The notes under the pieces: generated by a model
What the model saw: the letters and a program-made list of their open reading frames with translations, nothing else
What the model was told of the DNA's origin: nothing
Database searches by the model: none
Part shown: positions 15,351-22,270 of the stretch, in pieces
Layout: each line of letters opens with the position of its first letter
How positions within the stretch are numbered: the first letter of the stretch is position 1
Program-made: the position numbers and the translations under genes
NCBI GenBank assembly: GCA_046757525.1
Contig: JBHHYI010000066.1
Location: 1 to 22,270 of the forward strand
Direction of reading: 5' to 3'
DNA length: 22,270 nt
Origin: a bacterium
Lineage (GTDB): Bacteria > Zhuqueibacterota > Zhuqueibacteria > Oceanimicrobiales > Oceanimicrobiaceae

Positions 15351-16211
15351 GTGAAGATTGCTAAGATCGCCATCGTTGGTGCTGGCACCATGGGGCGAGG
15401 CATTGCGTATTCCGCCTGCGTGGGCGGTTTTGAAACTGTGGTCCAGGATATTTCGGACAACATGTTGATAGCTGCTGTTGCCAGCATTCAGTCTTATCTA
15501 AATAAGGCAGTTGAAAGGGAAATCCTCGCCCCTGAGGCGGCCAAAGCTGCTTTTGCCCGACTGAGCTCTTCCACCGAGCTTACCGAAGCAATTGGTGATT
15601 GCGATTTCATCATTGAAGCCATACCGGAAAACATCACAGCCAAAATCGAACTGTTCGAGAAAATCGACCAGAGCCGCAAATCCGGCGCCATTTTGGCGTC
15701 CAATACTTCGTCGCTGAGTATTACGGAAATGGCTGCGGTTACGGCAAGACCAGACCGGTTTGTCGGCATGCACTTTTTCAATCCGGTGCACAAGATGAAA
15801 CTGGTAGAAATTGTTCGTGGCCTGGAAACCAGCTCTGAAACCATTGCAACCACTGAAGAGGTCGCGGCCAAAATGGGCAAAGAGACCGTGACCATCAAAG
15901 AGTCCCCGGGCTTCATCACCAGCCGCATCAACGCGATGATCGGCAACGAAGCGTTTTACATGCTGCAAGAGGGCATAGCCTCGGCTGCGGACATCGACAA
16001 AGCGGTCAAGTTGGGCTTGAACCATCCCATGGGCCCTTTTGAAATGGTCGACCTGGTGGGTCTGGACACGCGTCTGAGCATCCTGAAGTTCTTGCACCAA
16101 TCGTTAGGAGAAAAGTACCGCCCCTGTCCTTTGTTAGAGCAGTACGTTAAGGCGGGACGGCTGGGGCGCAAAAGCGGCAGGGGTGTATACGATTATTCAG
16201 AGGAGAAGTAG
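15351..16211 (+). CDS. 3-hydroxyacyl-CoA (3-hydroxybutyryl-CoA-type) dehydrogenase
   Basis: VGAGTMGRGIA, IEAIPE, LASNTSSL, GMHFFNP, HPMGPF and GRLGRKSGRGVY. GTG start at 15351 follows a GGAGG RBS. Confidence 0.95.
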   Translation: MKIAKIAIVGAGTMGRGIAYSACVGGFETVVQDISDNMLIAAVASIQSYLNKAVEREILAPEAAKAAFARLSSSTELTEAIGDCDFIIEAIPENITAKIELFEKIDQSRKSGAILASNTSSLSITEMAAVTARPDRFVGMHFFNPVHKMKLVEIVRGLETSSETIATTEEVAAKMGKETVTIKESPGFITSRINAMIGNEAFYMLQEGIASAADIDKAVKLGLNHPMGPFEMVDLVGLDTRLSILKFLHQSLGEKYRPCPLLEQYVKAGRLGRKSGRGVYDYSEEK

Positions 16212-16287
16212 TGGTTTGAAATGGCAAAGTGCCGAAATCGCAATCTTGTCTGAGAGAGCGCCACGGCACGATCTGCCTATTTTCTCT

Positions 16288-16316
16288 TTGACAATGGTGG
16301 AATAATTTTATAAATT
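16288..16316 (+). promoter_or_regulatory. Putative sigma70 promoter pointing antisense into higA
   Basis: TTGACA (16288-16293), 17-nt spacer, TAAATT (16311-16316). Confidence 0.5.
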
Positions 16317-16403
16317 TAAAGTTAAATTGATTTAGGAAGTACTGAATTGCTCTTATGCTGTACCTGATTATTTTTCAAAGAATTGTTGCGAAAGGATCGA
16401 ATG

Positions 16404-16742
16404 TTAGAGCGCTTTATTTTGAGAAGGGTCTGTTTCCACGGTGGATACTGGGCGAACGGATTTCCAGTCATGAGTATTATGGGCTGTTTGCCACAGATCA
16501 TAGTTTTTTTGCAAGTTCAACCAGCTTTCGGCCGTGGAGTTAGGAAAGGCCTGGGATAAGCGCAAGGCCATATCGGGGGTTACCGATTTGCGTTCATTGA
16601 CAATGGAAGAAATAGCTTTTCGAGACACACCAAGTATTTCAGCCAATTTTGTGTTCGAAATGGATAATGGCTCTAAGTACAGATTTCTTAGGATACGGCC
16701 CGGGTGGCCAGGAGATCTTTTTCTGTCTTTCATTGACATCAT
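16404..16742 (-). CDS. higA: HigA-family addiction module antitoxin (HTH)
   Basis: HPGRIL..YLEPL, LAEILGVSRKAISSIVN, VTPDMALRLSQAF and WLNLQKNYDLW; AGGA RBS. Confidence 0.92.
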   Translation of the reverse strand: MMSMKDRKRSPGHPGRILRNLYLEPLSISNTKLAEILGVSRKAISSIVNERKSVTPDMALRLSQAFPNSTAESWLNLQKNYDLWQTAHNTHDWKSVRPVSTVETDPSQNKAL

Positions 16743-16770
16743 TGATTATTCCTATATTGATTCAAGGTAC

Positions 16771-16938
16771 CTAATGGTAATCAGTGTAATCGACCATATA
16801 GGCATCGCCATTTACAAACTTGAACGTAATTCTCCAATTTCCAGACACATTAACGGCCCAGATTTCTTCCTGTTTGGGATGTAATTTGTGGAGCCTGGAT
16901 CCTGGGAAATTCATGACTTGAATCGTATCGGCGGCATC
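16771..16938 (-). pseudogene. higB: 5'-truncated HigB/RelE-family toxin
   Basis: Minus strand reads DAADTIQVMNFPGSRLHKLHPKQEEIWAVNVSGNWRITFKFVNGDAYMVDYTDYH*, the C-terminal part of HigB (SGNWRITF, DYH end). An in-frame TGA lies upstream at 16956-16954, and no N-terminal half is visible. Confidence 0.85.
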
Positions 16939-17001
16939 TTCGGTGTTCAGCCTTCAGGCTGTAAGTTTCACAAAAATTCACGCTAAAGCGTGAACACCTA
17001 A
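16939..17001. repeat. REP-like doublet abutting the higB breakpoint
   Basis: Outer inverted repeat TTCGGTGTTCA / TGAACACCTAA (1 mismatch), with inner hairpins CAGCCT-tc-AGGCTG and TTCACGCT-aa-AGCGTGAA. Confidence 0.7.
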
Positions 17002-17086
17002 CTGGTTCCGGTTTCGGCAGGTTTGAACGTATTTTACGAGTTTATAGTATTACGTCTCATTTCTTGCACAAAAGTGCAAAAAGAAT

Positions 17087-17251
17087 TGGAACGCGGATTG
17101 CACGGATTTAACTGATCTGAACGGATTAGCCAGACTTGAGGCAGTGACTCTGAACCGAATGACTCATCAACCGTTTGATTTTCACAAGAGACAAATCCGT
17201 GCAAATCCGTAAGATCCGTGTCCCATTCATTTGCGGCTGCGCCGCGCTTGG
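17087..17251. repeat. Inverted array of ~9-nt (C)ACGGATT units with a trailing GC hairpin
   Basis: TGGAACGCGGATTGCACGGATTTAACTGATCTGAACGGATT (17087-17127) is mirrored by AATCCGTGCAAATCCGTAAGATCCGTGTCCCA (17194-17225), then GCGGC-tgc-GCCGC. Confidence 0.7.
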
Positions 17252-17259
17252 AATAATGC

Positions 17260-17288
17260 AGGATAAGGCATTCACACTTATTTGTCAA
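17260..17288 (-). promoter_or_regulatory. Putative sigma70 promoter facing the repeats and higB'/higA
   Basis: Minus strand TTGACA (17288-17283), 17-nt spacer, TATCCT (17265-17260). Confidence 0.5.
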
Positions 17289-17559
17289 GGACATTTTCGG
17301 TAGCAGCCGTTTTGGGGAGGATTTAGCGATTGAAATATGTTACCATGAGTTTGTGGCTTTAACTATGCCTTCATCTGAGGTTAAAGCTGGTGCGCACGTG
17401 AAGGAGAACTGATGGATGAATTTAAACAGACATCTGAAGAATCCCCCAGAAAATGTTTGGCTTCTTGTGCCACGCGTAACCAAGAATCCGAGAATTTAGC
17501 AGACCATATCGATTTGGCTTAAGTTGTTTAACCAGGACCGCAAACAGGAGGTGTCACTC

Positions 17560-20500
17560 ATGCAGGCGACGAAAGAACACAAAACGGGGAATCCACCGTA
17601 TCCGGGAAAAAGAGTCACCACCAATGGCAATCAGTTGGTTTCGGGCACCGAAGCCCTCATGGCTGAGGCGGGGGTGTTTTACCCTATCACGCCTTCCACG
17701 GAGATGGGCGAGAATTACCAATTGGCTTTTGCCCGCGGGCAATTGACCGCCTTTGGGGAATCGCTGGTCGCCGTCGAAGCCGAAGGCGAACACGCGGCGC
17801 AAGGCGGCGCCATCGCCATGTCGGTTACGGGCAAGCGTACCGTAAATTTCACCTCAGGCCAGGGACTCGTCTACGGCCTGGAACAATATTATCATGCGCC
17901 GGGCAAGCTCAGCACCATGGTCGTAGAGGTGGGCGCCCGCGCTTTGACCAAACACGCCCTGAACGTACATTGCGGCCACGATGACGTGTACGCGGCTCTC
18001 GACACTGGCTGGAACATTACCTTTGCCAAAGATGCGCAACAGGCCGCTGACCAGGCTATCATCTTGCGCAAGGTCAATGAGCTGAGTTTAAATCCGGGCA
18101 TGAACGTCCAGGACGGCTTCCTCACCACCCACCTGGAAAGGACGTTTCTCAAACCTGAACCGGGTCTCATTCGCGAGTTTTTGGGCGCAGCCGACGACAT
18201 CATCGATTGCCCGACGGAGGCGCAACGCATCTTGTTTGGCCCCAAAAGACGACGCGTGCCCGCAATGATCGATCCCAAGAACCCGGTGCTCTTAGGACCC
18301 GTGCAGAACCAGGAGCACTATATGAACGGGGTGGCAGCCCGAAGAAACAATTTCTCTGAAGACATTCTGCCTTTTTTTGAGCAAGCTTACGAAGAATTCG
18401 GACGCCTCACCGGCCGCTACTACGGCCTGATTTCTCCGTACAATTGCGAGAATGCCGACAGTGTTTTCGTGGTTCTGGGCAGTGCCGCTGAAAATATTGC
18501 GGCGGTCATAGATTATTTGAAAGCCACCCGAGGCATCGATGTGGGCGTCATTCACGTCAATGTGCTGCGGCCCTTTCCGGAAAACGCCATCATCAAGGCG
18601 CTCAAAGGCAAGAAGCGGGTCATTGTCCTGGAGAGGACGGACGAACCGCTTTCCAGCGACAATCCGCTGACGCGCGACATCAAGGTCGCGTTGAGCAAAG
18701 CTGCCAGCAACCATTTCACCAATAGCTACGACAAGCTGGACAAGCTGGATCCGGCCACCGAGATGCCGCAGATCATTTCCGGTGTCTACGGCCTGGGCTC
18801 GCGCGATTTCAGACCGGAGGGTATTATCGGCGCGTACGACTTTGCTACTGGCAAAAGTGCTCGTCAGGATGGCAAAAAAGTGGGCGACGGCGTGAGTTTT
18901 TGCTTCCTGGGTATCGATCACCCGTACGCAGTTGTTTCCGAAGAAACACCTTCCTGCCTGCCGGAAAAGTCTATTGCCGTGCGCTTTCACTCCATCGGTG
19001 GCTGGGGCATGATCACCACGGGCAAGAACTTAGGTGAGATTTTAGGAGAATTTTCCAATTACATCGCGGAACGGGATAATATCTTTGATGAGCGTGGCGA
19101 ACCCAAGGAAATCATCCACATCAGCGCTAACCCAAAATACGGCTCTGAAAAGAAAGGCGCTCCCACCAACTATTTTTTGGTAGCTGCACCAGAACGCGTC
19201 CGCGTCAATTGCGATTTGCACCACGTGAGCGTCGTCCTTTGCTGCGATCCCAAAATCTTCTTGCACACCGATCCTTTGGTTGGTTTGCAGGAAGGCGGTG
19301 CTTTTGTTTGGGAATCGAGCGAGCCCACGCCGGAAGAAGCCTGGCAGCGCATCCCGGTTCGCTACCGCAAGGAAATCATTGAAAAGAATATTCAGATATT
19401 CACTTTGAACGGTTTTGCCATAGCCAAAGCGGCAACCGACAGAGAAGATTTGCAGACCCGCATGCAGGGAAATTCCTTTCTCGGCGCTTTTTTCCGCGTT
19501 TCCTCGTTCTTACAGGACTACAACATTCAGGAAGAAGATTTTCTGCGCATCGTCAGGAATCAATATGTCAAGAAATTTGGACGTTTTGGCGAAGCGGTGG
19601 TAGAGTCCAACATGACCGTCATGAAACAAGGCTTTGAGCAAGTCACCAGGGTGGAACACGGGAGGCTGGACGCACCGGACACTTCGAGCTTCGTTGGCAG
19701 CATCGTGAATCCCTGTTCGATAGCGCCTGCTGCACACGAAGATTCGAGATTGGTGCAGATTTCAGGAAACGGGCGCAACGGCGGCAACGGCAAAGCGCCG
19801 CTTTTCAGAATGTCGACGTTTGATGCGGAATTCCGTGCAGGATTGGGGTACAATCAGCCGTCCAGTCCTTTAGCCTCGGTGGGGGTCATGGCCGCCGCTA
19901 CGGGGGCCAGCGCCAGCAAATACGTGGCAAGACGGGAAATTCCTCTCTTCATCGAGGAAAACTGTACCCAGTGTATGGATTGCATCACCGTGTGCCCGGA
20001 CACGGCTTTGCCCAATACGGCCCAGGACATCCCCATGGTCCTGTCCACTGCGATTTCGAATTACGTCTCAGACGCAAATGCCAGAAGCGCACTCTTGCAG
20101 CGGGTCGACGAAATTGAAAAAGGGTGCCGTACGAGGATGTTAGAGCTGGCAACGGACAAGGAGGACAAAACACGTTTTAAAGATATCGTTATCGAACAGA
20201 TAAAGGCGATCCAGGATGACGCCGTCACGCCGGCAGCCATCGCTGAACTGGAGGCAATTCTGGACACGCTTCCCATAGCTTACAAGAGTGCCAAAGCAAT
20301 TTTCTTGAACAAGGAAAAGAAGGAACCTGGCGCAGGTGGACTCTTTTCGATCTTTGTGAACGATCTGTGCAAAGGCTGTGCGGCGTGCGTCGAAGCGTGT
20401 GGAGATCACGAAGCCTTGAAGATGATTCCGGAAACCGAAGAGGTGCACGCCAGGTATCACTCGGCCACGCAATTTCTTGAATCCCTGGCTGACACGCCGC

Positions 20501-22270
20501 AGAAATATCTGGGCATATTCAATTCAGCAACGCCGCAGGAATCGAAGGCCGCGGCCTTGAAAATGCACCTGATGCTGCAGTCGAAATACAAGTCGCTGGT
20601 GGCCGGCGACGGGGCCTGTGCCGGCTGTGGTGAAAAGTCTGTTTTGCGCTCCATTGCCACACTCACCGAAACCTTGATGCGGCCCATATTTCGAGCCAAA
20701 GCCGAACGGTTGTACCAAAAAGCGGGGCAATTGCAAAACAGCGGATTAAGCACCCTCAACAAACTCAAACAGCAGGATGAGCGCTCCTACCGCACATTCA
20801 AGAAAGCGGTTCTGCATCTGCTCATGGGCTACGGCGGCGAGAATTCTGAGGACACGGAGTCCAACATAACGGCACGCTTTGACGGCAAAGATGAGGACAT
20901 CATCGAGGCGCTGGTGCTGGTCATGCGCCAGGAGGCGCACAATCACACAGAATTGCAAACGCTCGAGGGATTTGCGCCGAACGGCATGTCGGTCATGGCG
21001 ATGGCGGCCCACACAGGGTGCAACACGGTTTATGGCTCTACGCCACCGAACAATCCCCATCCTTATCCCTGGATGAACTCCTTGTTCCAGGATGGCGCAA
21101 CCATCGGTTGGATGATCGGCGAAAGTTTTGTCAAGAGTCATGCAAGACGCTCCGTGATTCCTGAACGGTTTGCAGACTTTTTGTTGAATGGCTCGAGTGA
21201 AACTTTCTCTGAGGACGATTATTTCATGTACACGCATTTTTCCGACACCAATATGACGGACGACGAAGTCATGGAATTGCCTAAAGTCTGGGTGGTTGGT
21301 GGCGATGGCGGCATGGGCGACATCGGTTTTCAGAATGTGTCCAAAGCGGTCTTGCAAAACCGTCCCAATGTGAAAATGCTGATGTTGGATACCCAGGTGT
21401 ATTCCAACACCGGTGGTCAGAATTCTGATTCCTCACCCATGACCGGCGGATTCGACATGAACCAGGCCGGTGTGGCCTCACAAGGCAAGCTCACGGAAAA
21501 GAAATCTGTTTCAGAGACCCTTCTCGGCGGCCACGGTTCGCCTTATGTGGCACAAGTATCGATGGCCAACACGGGCACTCTGTACAAATCGATCCTGGAT
21601 GGTCTGTGTTATCGCGGCACGGCCTTTTTCCAGGTTTTCACCACCTGTCAGCCTGAACACGGTGTGCCGGATTACGCTGCCCAAATCCAGGCTCAGAGAA
21701 TTAGGGACAGCCGCGGGATGCCTGAATTTGTTTTCGATCCCCAACTTGGGGAGACCTACCAGGAAGCGTTAAACATCAAAGGCAATCCACATGAAGATAA
21801 AGACTGGTACACCAAGAAAGCACCAGTCACCAAAACACCTTACCTTTACACGGTAGCCCATTGGGCGTTTACCGAGGCCCGCTTTAGATTGCACCACAAA
21901 ATAGTAAAAGAGGAAGCGGTCCGGGGCTTAATTCGCCTGGAGGACAAGCTAAAACTGATCACTATGGACGACATTGTTCATCGTAGATATCTGGACAAGA
22001 ATCACCGGTCGTACATTCCCGACCGGGGGGTTTACACCGTTGACTACGCCGAGGACGGTTCGCCCGTCTATCATATTCTCTCGCGGCAAATGGTTATTTT
22101 CTGCGTTGAGCGGCGTAAAGCCTGGCGCATTTTGCAAAGCCGAGCGGGCATCATCAACAAAGATTATCTGGATCAGAAAGAGTTGCTGTCCAAAATTGAC
22201 AATGGAGAGTTGACTGTGGAAGACTTTCTCGACAACAACCATCGCAACGAAACAATACCGCAGCCAACTG
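17560..22270 (+). CDS. Large single-chain pyruvate:ferredoxin/flavodoxin oxidoreductase-type 2-oxoacid:acceptor oxidoreductase (3' partial)
   Basis: AGGAGG RBS, ATG 17560, frame open to the window end (>=1570 codons). Motifs: FYPITPS, EGEHAAQG, FTSGQG, HSIGGWG, YGSEKKG, CTQCMDCITVCP (19963), CKGCAACVEAC (20368), GACAGCGE, HTGC, GGDG (TPP) and DTQVYSNTGGQ. Confidence 0.93.
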   Translation, partial: MQATKEHKTGNPPYPGKRVTTNGNQLVSGTEALMAEAGVFYPITPSTEMGENYQLAFARGQLTAFGESLVAVEAEGEHAAQGGAIAMSVTGKRTVNFTSGQGLVYGLEQYYHAPGKLSTMVVEVGARALTKHALNVHCGHDDVYAALDTGWNITFAKDAQQAADQAIILRKVNELSLNPGMNVQDGFLTTHLERTFLKPEPGLIREFLGAADDIIDCPTEAQRILFGPKRRRVPAMIDPKNPVLLGPVQNQEHYMNGVAARRNNFSEDILPFFEQAYEEFGRLTGRYYGLISPYNCENADSVFVVLGSAAENIAAVIDYLKATRGIDVGVIHVNVLRPFPENAIIKALKGKKRVIVLERTDEPLSSDNPLTRDIKVALSKAASNHFTNSYDKLDKLDPATEMPQIISGVYGLGSRDFRPEGIIGAYDFATGKSARQDGKKVGDGVSFCFLGIDHPYAVVSEETPSCLPEKSIAVRFHSIGGWGMITTGKNLGEILGEFSNYIAERDNIFDERGEPKEIIHISANPKYGSEKKGAPTNYFLVAAPERVRVNCDLHHVSVVLCCDPKIFLHTDPLVGLQEGGAFVWESSEPTPEEAWQRIPVRYRKEIIEKNIQIFTLNGFAIAKAATDREDLQTRMQGNSFLGAFFRVSSFLQDYNIQEEDFLRIVRNQYVKKFGRFGEAVVESNMTVMKQGFEQVTRVEHGRLDAPDTSSFVGSIVNPCSIAPAAHEDSRLVQISGNGRNGGNGKAPLFRMSTFDAEFRAGLGYNQPSSPLASVGVMAAATGASASKYVARREIPLFIEENCTQCMDCITVCPDTALPNTAQDIPMVLSTAISNYVSDANARSALLQRVDEIEKGCRTRMLELATDKEDKTRFKDIVIEQIKAIQDDAVTPAAIAELEAILDTLPIAYKSAKAIFLNKEKKEPGAGGLFSIFVNDLCKGCAACVEACGDHEALKMIPETEEVHARYHSATQFLESLADTPQKYLGIFNSATPQESKAAALKMHLMLQSKYKSLVAGDGACAGCGEKSVLRSIATLTETLMRPIFRAKAERLYQKAGQLQNSGLSTLNKLKQQDERSYRTFKKAVLHLLMGYGGENSEDTESNITARFDGKDEDIIEALVLVMRQEAHNHTELQTLEGFAPNGMSVMAMAAHTGCNTVYGSTPPNNPHPYPWMNSLFQDGATIGWMIGESFVKSHARRSVIPERFADFLLNGSSETFSEDDYFMYTHFSDTNMTDDEVMELPKVWVVGGDGGMGDIGFQNVSKAVLQNRPNVKMLMLDTQVYSNTGGQNSDSSPMTGGFDMNQAGVASQGKLTEKKSVSETLLGGHGSPYVAQVSMANTGTLYKSILDGLCYRGTAFFQVFTTCQPEHGVPDYAAQIQAQRIRDSRGMPEFVFDPQLGETYQEALNIKGNPHEDKDWYTKKAPVTKTPYLYTVAHWAFTEARFRLHHKIVKEEAVRGLIRLEDKLKLITMDDIVHRRYLDKNHRSYIPDRGVYTVDYAEDGSPVYHILSRQMVIFCVERRKAWRILQSRAGIINKDYLDQKELLSKIDNGELTVEDFLDNNHRNETIPQPT

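Noticed and set aside
334..16171. Long antisense and alternate-frame ORFs (e.g. 1060-1764, 3416-4204, 10156-10953, 13453-14277)
   Set aside because: They overlap well-supported genes, lack recognisable motifs and are expected from codon bias in GC-rich genes.
16355..16884. Plus-strand ORFs 16355-16543 and 16534-16884
   Set aside because: They are antisense to higA/higB' and have no recognisable features.
17034..17294. 86-aa minus-strand ORF
   Set aside because: Its sequence (TDLTDLHGF, NPCNPRS) is the 9-nt repeat array read in frame, and it overlaps the predicted promoter.
17554..22242. Many ORFs in the track across the last 4.7 kb
   Set aside because: They are antisense or off-frame shadows of the single PFOR-type frame starting at 17560.
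1..22270. CRISPR array, tRNA, rRNA, transposase or integrase
   Set aside because: No direct repeat-spacer periodicity, cloverleaf, rRNA-like sequence or recombinase motifs were seen.

Overview
Bacterial chromosomal window of moderately high GC; taxon not determinable from sequence alone. Almost all genes lie on the + strand and form a catabolic cluster: flavin reductase, aldehyde dehydrogenase, crotonase-family enzyme, thiolase, DUF1841-like protein, MCAD-like acyl-CoA dehydrogenase, a three-subunit xanthine-oxidase-family molybdoenzyme of the 4-hydroxybenzoyl-CoA reductase type (hcrC-hcrA...hcrB; the FAD subunit carries the diagnostic [4Fe-4S] insert), an MDR-family oxidoreductase, a secreted CocE/NonD hydrolase and a 3-hydroxyacyl-CoA dehydrogenase. 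The hcr-like operon is split by an AT-rich DUF4258/YgiT-zinc-finger toxin-antitoxin-like pair and a secreted DUF1028 Ntn-hydrolase-like gene. An AT-rich island follows, with an intact higA, a 5'-truncated higB, several palindromic repeats and two convergent sigma70-like promoters. The window ends inside an unusually long (>=1570 aa) single-chain pyruvate:ferredoxin oxidoreductase-type ORF that the ORF track omits because it is open at the edge. Intergenic regions hold several distinct REP/MITE-like elements. All family assignments come from motif recognition and remembered reference sequences, not from database searches.
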